Virus record (IMG/VR): IMGVR_UViG_3300025598_000030
Location: 1 to 64,000 of that record
Origin: a virus
Length of the DNA: 64,000 nucleotides
Strand: one strand, 5' to 3'
Each line of letters opens with the position of its first letter. Position 1 is the stretch's first letter. Positions 10,167-18,686 of the stretch are shown here, in pieces. The position numbers and the translations under genes are program-made. The notes below the pieces were generated by a model, which had not been told where the DNA came from, searched no databases, and saw only the letters and a program-made list of their open reading frames with translations.

Positions 10167-10570
10167 ATGATCATATTTTTCCTAGGTCTTCGAATGATAA
10201 TATTTTTGCCGGACCTTTTTCTATTAAAGATGCAAATGTTCCATGGACCAATGTATTACAGGAAGATTTTTACGTTGTAGTATACCGAGACAAATATCCA
10301 GTAACCGAAGGACACTTGCTTTTCGTACCTAAATATAATACACTAGTTGCATTAGGATTCGCATTTGATCAGGCTATTCGTTATGGAAAGTTTATGGTTT
10401 CGCAAGAAACATGCGCCGCATTTAACATCGGATTAAATGCTGGTGAAGCAGCAGGTCAAACTATCATGTGGCCACATATACACCTTATTCCTCGCAGAGT
10501 AGGTGATGTTGATGATCCTGTAGGTGGTGTACGTAACACTATCCCGGGTAAAGGAAATTATAAAAAATGA
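10163..10570 (+). CDS. HIT-family nucleotide hydrolase
   Basis: DKYPVTEGHLLFVPK, NIGLNAGEAAGQTIMWPHIHLIPRR; likely start 10163. Confidence 0.9.
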   Translation: MNDHIFPRSSNDNIFAGPFSIKDANVPWTNVLQEDFYVVVYRDKYPVTEGHLLFVPKYNTLVALGFAFDQAIRYGKFMVSQETCAAFNIGLNAGEAAGQTIMWPHIHLIPRRVGDVDDPVGGVRNTIPGKGNYKK

Positions 10571-11403
10571 GCAAAATTAAAATAGCAGAATTATTTTACA
10601 GCATTCAAGGAGAAGGAAGGTACATGGGAGTACCTTCTATCTTCTTACGTACATTTGGATGCAATTTTCAATGTTCGGGCTTTGGAATGCCTAAGGGTGA
10701 ACGCAGTACAGAAGCTGTTAACATAGATCCTAGTAAATATAAGTCTTATGGCGAGTTGCCATTGGTTAGTACAGGCTGCGACAGTTATGCTAGCTGGGAT
10801 ACAAGATTCAAAAACCTTAGTCCTATGCTGACTACAGACAGCATTGCAGAACAAATTGTTAGCTTGTTGCCACATGGCGAATGGCGAGATGAGCATTTGG
10901 TTATTACCGGTGGTGAACCACTTTTGGGTTGGCAACGTGCTTATCCAGATTTGTTAGAACATCCTAAAATGGAAGATTTAACAGAAATTACTTTTGAAAC
11001 AAATGGTACACAGCAATTATCTCCAGAGTTCGCTGATTATCTAAATATGTGGAACAAAGTGGGTCGAGAGATTACATTTAGTGTTAGTGCAAAATTAAGT
11101 TGTAGTGGTGAATCCAGAGAGGATGCAATTAAACCTAGCACTGTTTGTGAATACGAAAAAGTAGGATTTACCTATCTTAAGTTTGTTGTTGCAACCGAAG
11201 AGGATGCACAAGAAGCCATTGATACTGTAAAAGTATACCGAGAAACTGGCTTCGAAGGACCAGTTTACCTTATGCCTGTAGGCGGAGTAGAAAGTGTATA
11301 CTCGCTAAATAATCGCCGTGTTGCCGATCTTGCAATGCAAAATGGGTTAAGATACAGTGATAGACTCCAAGTTCCACTCTTTGGTAACGCATGGTCGACG
11401 TGA
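10567..11403 (+). CDS. queE: 7-carboxy-7-deazaguanine synthase (radical SAM)
   Basis: ELFYSIQGEG, FLRTFGCNFQC...CDS, VITGGEP, FETNGT, SDRLQ. Confidence 0.93.
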   Translation: MSKIKIAELFYSIQGEGRYMGVPSIFLRTFGCNFQCSGFGMPKGERSTEAVNIDPSKYKSYGELPLVSTGCDSYASWDTRFKNLSPMLTTDSIAEQIVSLLPHGEWRDEHLVITGGEPLLGWQRAYPDLLEHPKMEDLTEITFETNGTQQLSPEFADYLNMWNKVGREITFSVSAKLSCSGESREDAIKPSTVCEYEKVGFTYLKFVVATEEDAQEAIDTVKVYRETGFEGPVYLMPVGGVESVYSLNNRRVADLAMQNGLRYSDRLQVPLFGNAWST

Positions 11404-11440
11404 TATAATGCCCCATTTATTTACAAATAATATAAATTTT

Positions 11441-11448
11441 TATAAATA
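11441..11448 (+). promoter_or_regulatory. T4-type late promoter
   Basis: TATAAATA upstream of ATG 11465. Confidence 0.55.
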
Positions 11449-11464
11449 CTTGGGGTACATTATC

Positions 11465-12220
11465 ATGACTAATCCAGTAAACAAAAAAACCAAAGAACAA
11501 TTTTTAAAGGAAATTCCGATCAATTTAGGAATAGAAATAATCGGTGAATATATAAACACCGATACAAAAATTGAATATAGATGTTCTCACGGAACACACT
11601 ACTCATTACCATGGCAAATAAAAAAATTCAAATATTGTTGTCGCAAAGGATACTATGAGAGTGGTAAAATGTGGGAATCAACTATGATATTATCAGAAGA
11701 AAGACTTAAATGGTATAAAGAACAACGACCGGCATTAGATTTTACAAACGCTGTATTGGTATCGGGAACCAGAAATAAATTTAATAACATAAAATGCAAT
11801 ATTCATTCTGATATTACATTTACAGGATATTCGTCAAAACAACATTGCACACCATGCCCGGCATGCAAAGTTGACGATTTTAAAGAATTAATGGCATTAA
11901 GAAAAGGAGTATTTCATGCTATACACAAAATTACACCGATATCAAAATCAGAAAAACTTTGGTTAGATGAATTAAAGATACCGGAAAGACAATACTGGCT
12001 AAAAGATGTAAAATATAGGGTAGATGGGTATGATCCTGTTTCAAACACTGTTTATCTTTATCATGGAAGATTTTGGCACGGTTGCCCAGAAACATTTGAT
12101 CCAGAAATGATACACCCTATTATAAAAATACCTATGAAAGATTTATACGAAAAAACTCTTATGTATGAAAATAAAATTAAAGAAGCTGGATATAATTTAG
12201 TAGTAAAATGGGGAACTTAA
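11465..12220 (+). CDS. Free-standing Vsr/PD-(D/E)xK-type endonuclease with N-terminal Zn-ribbon repeats
   Basis: SKSEKLWLD...YRVDGYD...YLYHGRFWHGCP...GYNLVVKW; CSHG, CNIH, CPAC clusters; start uncertain (11408 or 11465). Confidence 0.8.
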   Translation: MTNPVNKKTKEQFLKEIPINLGIEIIGEYINTDTKIEYRCSHGTHYSLPWQIKKFKYCCRKGYYESGKMWESTMILSEERLKWYKEQRPALDFTNAVLVSGTRNKFNNIKCNIHSDITFTGYSSKQHCTPCPACKVDDFKELMALRKGVFHAIHKITPISKSEKLWLDELKIPERQYWLKDVKYRVDGYDPVSNTVYLYHGRFWHGCPETFDPEMIHPIIKIPMKDLYEKTLMYENKIKEAGYNLVVKWGT

Positions 12221-12699
12221 TGAATAAAATTATTAAACGAGTGTTAGGTATCGATAAACTAGAAGCTGCTACCTTAGAAGCAACTAGACTTGCAGCCGAA
12301 GCAGAAACAAAAGCTCAAGAATTGATTGCTAGGGCAGAAGCAGCTAAAATTGCAGCCAATGCAGCAGAAAATGATAGAAAAGAACAGCAAAGATTAGCTA
12401 AACTAACTCCAAAAGAAATTGCTACAGAAAAGAAAGAACCATATTTTGAAGTAGTAGGATTTCATACTACTCCAGAAAATCCACGTTTTGGCTTTTGGGA
12501 ACTTGACTGGAACGAGTATAAGGTAGTAGAATTAAAAGCGTTAGGATATTATGGTGAAACTGACGAAGAAGTCATCGATCAATGGTTTACTGAGATTTGT
12601 AGAGAATCCGGTACAGCAGTTGGGGCGAGCATGGATCGACGATCTATGGGATTCATCGATGTTAAACAAATTGGCGGTGGCCGCTCGGAGATAAGTTAA
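12220..12699 (+). CDS. Hypothetical protein
   Basis: Coiled-coil N-terminus, FWELDWNE motif; ATG 12220 overlapping upstream stop. Confidence 0.7.
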   Translation: MNKIIKRVLGIDKLEAATLEATRLAAEAETKAQELIARAEAAKIAANAAENDRKEQQRLAKLTPKEIATEKKEPYFEVVGFHTTPENPRFGFWELDWNEYKVVELKALGYYGETDEEVIDQWFTEICRESGTAVGASMDRRSMGFIDVKQIGGGRSEIS

Positions 12700-13697
12700 T
12701 GACATATATTTTGGTAGATACTGCAAATGTTTTTTTCCGGGCCAGGCATGTTGCTCGAGGAAACCTTGAAGAGAAAGTAGGATTAAGCCTACATACTATG
12801 TTTACTAGTATTAGAAAAGCATGGAGAGATTTTAATGGATCTCATGTAATCTTTTGTCTCGAAGGTAGGTCTTGGCGTAAAGATGTTTATCCTCCATACA
12901 AGAGACAAAGATCCGAAGCTCGTGCAGCTTTATCTCCAAGCGAAGCTGAAGAAGAAAAATTATTCTGGGAAACACTTGACGAATTCGAAAATTTCGTAAT
13001 TGAAAAAACTAATTGTACGGTGTTACATAATTCACAATTAGAGGCAGACGATCTCATTGCCGGATGGATACAAGCTCATCCCGATGATCAACATGTAATT
13101 ATTTCAACTGATGGCGATTTTGCACAGTTAATTTCTCCTAATGTTCGTCAATATAATGGTGTTACTGGTGTAACTATTACACATGAAGGTTATTTTGACG
13201 AATTAGGCAAGCGCGTTGTCGATAAAAAAACACAACAAGAAAAACCGGCACCAGACCCAGAATGGTTATTGTTTGAAAAGTGTATGCGAGGCGATACATC
13301 AGATAATATTTTCAGTGCATATCCGGGTGTTCGAACTAAAGGGTCGAAGAATAAAGTTGGCCTAATTGATGCATACGCTGACAGACAATCTAAAGGATAT
13401 AATTGGAATAATATCATGTTACAGCGATGGGTAGATCATGACGGAATCGAACATCGAGTTATCGACGATTATTCTCGAAATGTAACTTTGTGTGATTTGA
13501 CTGCACAACCCGATCATATTAAAATGATAATTAAAGAAACCATTGATGTAGCAAAAACTGCTGAAAAAAATGTCGGACAAGTAGGAGTTCGATTTCTTAA
13601 ATTTTGCGGAAAATATGATCTAGTAAAGATTACTGAAAATGCCGATAGTTACGTTTACCCACTTAATGCGAGGTATATAAATGAATGCCACAACTAA
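12699..13697 (+). CDS. rnh: T4 RNase H-like 5'-3' exonuclease
   Basis: LVDTAN, SWRK...YK, EADDLIA, STDGDFAQL, GDTSDNI motifs. Confidence 0.92.
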   Translation: MTYILVDTANVFFRARHVARGNLEEKVGLSLHTMFTSIRKAWRDFNGSHVIFCLEGRSWRKDVYPPYKRQRSEARAALSPSEAEEEKLFWETLDEFENFVIEKTNCTVLHNSQLEADDLIAGWIQAHPDDQHVIISTDGDFAQLISPNVRQYNGVTGVTITHEGYFDELGKRVVDKKTQQEKPAPDPEWLLFEKCMRGDTSDNIFSAYPGVRTKGSKNKVGLIDAYADRQSKGYNWNNIMLQRWVDHDGIEHRVIDDYSRNVTLCDLTAQPDHIKMIIKETIDVAKTAEKNVGQVGVRFLKFCGKYDLVKITENADSYVYPLNARYINECHN

Positions 13698-14163
13698 AGT
13701 TTTAGTTCCTAACAAATGTTGGATCATAGAAGAACATGGTTCAAAATTAGGTACTTTGAATAAAGAAAAGAAAGGATATTCTTTTTTCCGTAAAGGAGAT
13801 AAAACAGAATTATCCACTATTAGGGATGTTCGAGAGATTTTTGGACCAGATCTATTTGATAATGTGAGTGATTCTAAACTCTCGATCAAAAAAGAAGAAA
13901 TCAAATCAATATATGATTATCCTTGTAGCTCAAAACCATTTAATCCGGTTTATAATATAAAGAAAAAGCTACCAATATATGCTAAAAGCTCAAAGAGTAA
14001 GAGTTTATATTGTGCAGGACACTATATAATTAAATTTCGAAAAGGATGGGTAAAAAGCTTCTGTCCTAAATTAATTACGTTAGAACGTTACCCTTATCAA
14101 GGCCCATTTAAAAATGAAAATGAAATGAAAAATGCTTTAAATTTGGTGAATAAAAATGAGTAA
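13681..14163 (+). CDS. Hypothetical protein
   Basis: 160-aa ORF in operon. Confidence 0.7.
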   Translation: MNATTKVLVPNKCWIIEEHGSKLGTLNKEKKGYSFFRKGDKTELSTIRDVREIFGPDLFDNVSDSKLSIKKEEIKSIYDYPCSSKPFNPVYNIKKKLPIYAKSSKSKSLYCAGHYIIKFRKGWVKSFCPKLITLERYPYQGPFKNENEMKNALNLVNKNE

Positions 14164-14386
14164 TCTCAATACATTAGCTATCGAAAAGTTTTTAGAAAAG
14201 GCAAGAATTTCAATCAAAACAAACCAAAGAAATTTAGTTTTAGACATTAAAGAAGTTCAAGCATTGTCCGATAGTTTGTCAGTTGTAATGACTAGACTAG
14301 CAGGCACACTAGACGAACAATTAAAAAATGCCCAAAATCAACCAAATGTCATTTCTATCAATATGGACGGGGGCGGTTTTCGGTAA
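14156..14386 (+). CDS. Hypothetical protein
   Basis: 76-aa ORF ending MDGGGFR. Confidence 0.65.
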   Translation: MSNLNTLAIEKFLEKARISIKTNQRNLVLDIKEVQALSDSLSVVMTRLAGTLDEQLKNAQNQPNVISINMDGGGFR

Positions 14387-14394
14387 AAATAGAA

Positions 14395-14429
14395 TAAATA
14401 AGTGAGTATTTAAATTATACTCACTTATT
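14395..14429 (+). promoter_or_regulatory. TAAATA late motif overlapping a 13-bp hairpin that abuts the start codon
   Basis: AATAAGTGAGTAT (14397-14409) / ATACTCACTTATT (14417-14429); TAAATA 14395-14400; ATG 14430. Confidence 0.6.
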
Positions 14430-14729
14430 ATGAGCCGACCAAAACCAAACATATTATTAGAAATAACCAATAAAAAAACTTATAAAACTGAACAGGTTTT
14501 AGAAGCAGAAGCTATTTGGGCGGTTTTTTATAAAGATAAACCTGTTAATCTTAAGACTAGTTCTGTATTAGCTCAGCAATTAGGTCCGAAGTATAAAAAA
14601 GTATCTTTTTCTAATGCAGGACACGCACATAATCTTGCAGAAAAACTAAACAAGTTGTATAATTGTGAAGATTTTTCAGTATACAAACTAACTACAGGTC
14701 AAAAGATTTCGGATGGATATAAAGCATAA
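14430..14729 (+). CDS. Hypothetical protein
   Basis: 99-aa ORF (MSRPKP...KYKKVSFSNAGHA). Confidence 0.75.
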   Translation: MSRPKPNILLEITNKKTYKTEQVLEAEAIWAVFYKDKPVNLKTSSVLAQQLGPKYKKVSFSNAGHAHNLAEKLNKLYNCEDFSVYKLTTGQKISDGYKA

Positions 14730-15108
14730 ATTAACGGTAGAATTTCTAACAAAATGGCTTGGGTATGAGCCAACGGCATTGGTTGTCGAAAAATATTACC
14801 AAAAATGGTGGAAAAATATTAGAGAAAATGGCGAACGTAGTCTTCGTTTGACATATGATGGTTTTACTTTTTTAAAAAATCATGACCTTTTAAAATTTTA
14901 TCAAATTGACATAGTAGATAGTGTTTATACCAGTAAAGTAATGCTGCAACTAGACAAGTATCTAGATTGTCCTTGGTACCTATCTTCTAACCAAACGATA
15001 TGGGTTAGCCGAGATAAAGTTGCAGTGCAACTCATTTTGTTCGGTGGCGATTTGGCAAAATTCGGGCATGCTAAACACAGATCCGAAGAAAAATCATTGA
15101 CTGAATGA
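14713..15108 (+). CDS. Hypothetical protein
   Basis: 131-aa ORF (SLRLTYDG, LDCPWY). Confidence 0.7.
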   Translation: MDIKHKLTVEFLTKWLGYEPTALVVEKYYQKWWKNIRENGERSLRLTYDGFTFLKNHDLLKFYQIDIVDSVYTSKVMLQLDKYLDCPWYLSSNQTIWVSRDKVAVQLILFGGDLAKFGHAKHRSEEKSLTE

Positions 15109-15124
15109 TAAAAAAGCGTATAAT
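15097..15124 (+). promoter_or_regulatory. Sigma70-type promoter
   Basis: TTGACT-16 bp-TATAAT upstream of ATPase gene. Confidence 0.55.
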
Positions 15125-15170
15125 AAACGCTTGAAAGATGATTCCTTAACACTAAACTTAAAGGTATTTT

Positions 15171-16259
15171 ATGGCAGAGAAAATTTCAGTTAATCGCACT
15201 GTGAGCCCCAACGAAGCTAAGAAAAGCATTCGTAAGTGCATTAAAGTCAAACGTCCTGTTTTTATGTGGGGACCTCCGGGTATTGGCAAGAGCGACATCG
15301 TTAAACAGATCGGCGATGAGCAAAATCGTCCAGTTATCGACGTTCGTTTGAGCCTTTGGGAACCTACCGATATTAAAGGTATTCCTTATTATAATGCATC
15401 ACTTAATACTATGAGTTGGGCTCCGCCTGCAGAATTGCCCACTGATCCAGATAGTAATGCTATTTTATTCCTTGATGAACTTAATTCAGCAGCTCCGGCT
15501 ACCCAAGCTGCTGCTTATCAGCTTATTTTGAATCGCCGTGTTGGCACATATCGATTGCCCGACGGTGTAGCTATTGTGGCCGCCGGTAATCGCGAAACTG
15601 ATAAGGGCGTTACTTATCGTATGCCTGCGCCGTTGGCAAATCGATTCCTTCATGTCGAACTTCGTACTGATTTTGAAGATTGGCTATTCTGGGCAACTGC
15701 TAATAACGTTCATCAACAGGTTGTTGGTTATCTTAGTTTTGCAAAGCAAGATTTGTATGATTTCGATCCTAAGAGTGCAAGCCGTAGTTTTGCAACTCCT
15801 CGCTCTTGGAGTTTTGTAAGTGATCTTCTTATCGATGATGACTTGGATGACGATACCCTAACAGATCTTATTTCAGGTGCTGTTGGTGAAGGACCTACTC
15901 ATAAATTTATGGCACACCGTAAGGTCGCTAAACAGATGCCTAACCCTGAAGACATCCTGTCAGGTAAGGTTACTAAATGTTCGATTAAAGAAATCAGCGC
16001 AATGTATTCGCTAGGCATCAGTTTGTGTTACGAACTCAAGGAAGCAGATAAGAAGAAAGTTAAGAATTGGGATGCATTAGCAGACAACTTTTTCCGCTTT
16101 TTGATGGATAATTTTCCGACTGAATTGACTGTTATGGCATCTAAAATCGCTCTTACTAACTACGATCTTCCATTTGATACGCAGCGACTTAAGAATTTTG
16201 ATGAATTCCATGACAAATATGGCAAATACATCCTCACTGCAATGGATCAAGTAGTTTGA
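15171..16259 (+). CDS. MoxR-like AAA+ ATPase
   Basis: Walker A GPPGIGKS, Walker B ILFLDE, AAGN sensor, PLANRF arginine finger, TPRSW. Confidence 0.92.
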   Translation: MAEKISVNRTVSPNEAKKSIRKCIKVKRPVFMWGPPGIGKSDIVKQIGDEQNRPVIDVRLSLWEPTDIKGIPYYNASLNTMSWAPPAELPTDPDSNAILFLDELNSAAPATQAAAYQLILNRRVGTYRLPDGVAIVAAGNRETDKGVTYRMPAPLANRFLHVELRTDFEDWLFWATANNVHQQVVGYLSFAKQDLYDFDPKSASRSFATPRSWSFVSDLLIDDDLDDDTLTDLISGAVGEGPTHKFMAHRKVAKQMPNPEDILSGKVTKCSIKEISAMYSLGISLCYELKEADKKKVKNWDALADNFFRFLMDNFPTELTVMASKIALTNYDLPFDTQRLKNFDEFHDKYGKYILTAMDQVV

Positions 16260-16265
16260 ATTTGT

Positions 16266-16287
16266 GGGCCCGCAAGGGCCCTTTTTT
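16266..16287 (+). terminator. Rho-independent terminator
   Basis: GGGCCC-GCAA-GGGCCC followed by TTTTTT. Confidence 0.8.
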
Positions 16288-16303
16288 GATTAAGGAAATT
16301 TAT

Positions 16304-17548
16304 ATGACCACTACAGCTCCGAAAAAATCGTCAAAATCGAAACCTAATAAAACGTTTTCTACTGCAGAAAAAAATCAAATTATCGAAAAATTGATCGGTG
16401 CACGTATTGCATTGCTGCTTAAACATCCGTTTTTCGGTAATATGGCTACTCGCATGAGATTAATTGATGCTAGTGATTGGTGCGATACGTTAGCAACTGA
16501 TGGTCGTAATTTTTATTACAATAATCAATTTGTAAATGACCTTCGTCCAAAAGAAGTAGAATTTGGGTTTGCACACGAAGTTTTACATAACGTGTTTGAT
16601 CATCTTGGACGATTCGGAACTCGCGATAAACAACTTTCAAATATTGCGGCAGATTTTGCTGTTAATCAGATTTTGGTCGACAACAAAATCGGAGAAGTTC
16701 CTCGTACTATTAAAATTATCCAAGATAACAAATATAGAAGTTGGAGTTTTGAACAAATTTACGAAGATCTTGAAAAACGTTGCAAAAAGATTAATATTGA
16801 AGATCTAGGCGAATTGCTTGACGAACATCTCGACGGCGAAGACGGCAGTGGCGGAGGTGACGGCGATAAAGAAGGCAAACGTCCAAAACTTTCTCCTGAA
16901 GAACGTAAACAAATTCGCGACGAAATTAAAGAAGCAATGTTGGCTGCTGCACAGGCTGCAGGTGCAGATAAAACTCCTGCAGGTATTCAGCGATTAATTT
17001 CCGATTTTACCGAACCTAAAATGGATTGGCGCCAATTGCTTCGAATGAATATTCAAAGTATTCTTAAGAGCAATTTTAGTTTTGCTCGTCCTAATCGTAA
17101 AAGTCAGCAATGCGGTGCAGTTCTTCCTGGTTTGTTAAATGAAGAAACCATCGATGTTTGCGTTGGTATTGATATGAGTGGTAGTATTACTGATAAACAA
17201 GCTAAAGATATGATCAGCGAAGTCAAAGGTATTATGGACGAATATCAAGATTTCAAACTAACATTGTGGACGTTTGATACTAAAGTATATGATGTTGCAG
17301 AATTTACTGCAGATACTGCTAATGATATTACCGAATATATTCCTAAAGGCGGTGGTGGTACATCGTTTGAATGTAATTGGGATTTTATGAAAGACAACGG
17401 CATTGAACCAAAGAAATTTGTTATGTTTACAGATGGTTATCCTTGCAGTGGTTGGGGAGATGAAGATTATTGTGACACATTGTTCATTATTCATGGAAAC
17501 AATAAAATTGTTGCACCATTTGGTGAAACTGCGTATTACGAACTATAA
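16304..17548 (+). CDS. Metallopeptidase-like plus vWA domain protein (DUF2201-like)
   Basis: HExxH (AHEVLH), MIDAS DMSGS, GGGGT, FTDG; SD AAGGA before ATG 16304. Confidence 0.88.
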   Translation: MTTTAPKKSSKSKPNKTFSTAEKNQIIEKLIGARIALLLKHPFFGNMATRMRLIDASDWCDTLATDGRNFYYNNQFVNDLRPKEVEFGFAHEVLHNVFDHLGRFGTRDKQLSNIAADFAVNQILVDNKIGEVPRTIKIIQDNKYRSWSFEQIYEDLEKRCKKINIEDLGELLDEHLDGEDGSGGGDGDKEGKRPKLSPEERKQIRDEIKEAMLAAAQAAGADKTPAGIQRLISDFTEPKMDWRQLLRMNIQSILKSNFSFARPNRKSQQCGAVLPGLLNEETIDVCVGIDMSGSITDKQAKDMISEVKGIMDEYQDFKLTLWTFDTKVYDVAEFTADTANDITEYIPKGGGGTSFECNWDFMKDNGIEPKKFVMFTDGYPCSGWGDEDYCDTLFIIHGNNKIVAPFGETAYYEL

Positions 17549-17829
17549 TGCCATTAGAAAGAGGTACTGTAAATCCGCTTAATTTATTAGAACAGCGAAA
17601 GCTGTTCTATCCCCCTCCCCATTTTGTATCCATAAATTTATCCGATATGAGATTGGCCGAAAAGTGTGACCAGTGGATCTATTCTCACTTAAATAGTAGG
17701 TACTGTGTTAGAACTAAACTAGCGTTAGATCGAGACAGGCGAACAACGAGTGTTTGCGAAATTAGCTTCGAGGATCCTAAAGAACTTTCGATGTTTAGTT
17801 TAGCATGCCCGTATTTGCATAAAACCTAG
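17548..17829 (+). CDS. Hypothetical protein
   Basis: 93-aa ORF, translationally coupled. Confidence 0.65.
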   Translation: MPLERGTVNPLNLLEQRKLFYPPPHFVSINLSDMRLAEKCDQWIYSHLNSRYCVRTKLALDRDRRTTSVCEISFEDPKELSMFSLACPYLHKT

Positions 17830-17843
17830 GAGAAATTATTGCA

Positions 17844-18080
17844 ATGAATACAGATGATACAAACTCAAGAGCATATACAGCTACACCACCTGCAACAGAA
17901 GCACCACAATTGAATCTTGTAGATCTACAGAATCTACGAGCAGTTGTTGATGTTGCTGCTCGTCGTGGTGCATTCGGTGCCGCTGAAATGGCATCAGTAG
18001 GAGCGGTATTTACAAAGTTAGATAGCTTTTTAAATGCTAATCTACCTGCTGATCAGTCACAGACTCCGGCAGCACAATAA
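17844..18080 (+). CDS. Hypothetical protein
   Basis: 78-aa ORF with SD GGAG. Confidence 0.7.
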   Translation: MNTDDTNSRAYTATPPATEAPQLNLVDLQNLRAVVDVAARRGAFGAAEMASVGAVFTKLDSFLNANLPADQSQTPAAQ

Positions 18081-18089
18081 GGAGATCGT

Positions 18090-18686
18090 ATGAAACATGT
18101 TGGTAAAATGAAAAATAATTCAGCTAGATTAGCTGTTCTTTATAGAACAGTTCCAGGTGAACCACATAATGCACTAGTTGTGGGAACACAAGGACTAATA
18201 GATAGTCATCATGATACTCTTATGTCTTTGATCGAGACTGAAGGCGCTCAACAGGCAAATGAACTTGCAGACATCTTGGCTGTTCGCAGATTCCCTGATG
18301 GAAGTGTTATGTTGGATTATCTGCATCGTAATAATCATATAAGAAAAGTACCGACCAACATGGTTCTTATGACTCCAGATAGTCAAACCCAAATACCATT
18401 AGACGAATTGAATGTATTAATTGCTAAACAGAAAAACGTAAGTTTGGATGAGTTAGCAGTGACGGACGGGAATCCGACACCTAAAAATACCAAGAAGGTA
18501 GAAATCGAAGTTCCTAAAGAAAAAGAGGAAACTGCATCGTCAACTCAATCATTCGAATTGACTCCTGCAGAAATGCGTAGTCGTGCTGATACCTTGTATA
18601 AAGAAGCATCACGCCTTCGTAAAGAAGCAGATGCTATGGATCCTCCAAAATCTAAGAAAAAGACGCCTAAAGTCGAAGTCGAATGA
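18090..18686 (+). CDS. Hypothetical protein
   Basis: 198-aa ORF with SD AAGGAG. Confidence 0.75.
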   Translation: MKHVGKMKNNSARLAVLYRTVPGEPHNALVVGTQGLIDSHHDTLMSLIETEGAQQANELADILAVRRFPDGSVMLDYLHRNNHIRKVPTNMVLMTPDSQTQIPLDELNVLIAKQKNVSLDELAVTDGNPTPKNTKKVEIEVPKEKEETASSTQSFELTPAEMRSRADTLYKEASRLRKEADAMDPPKSKKKTPKVEVE

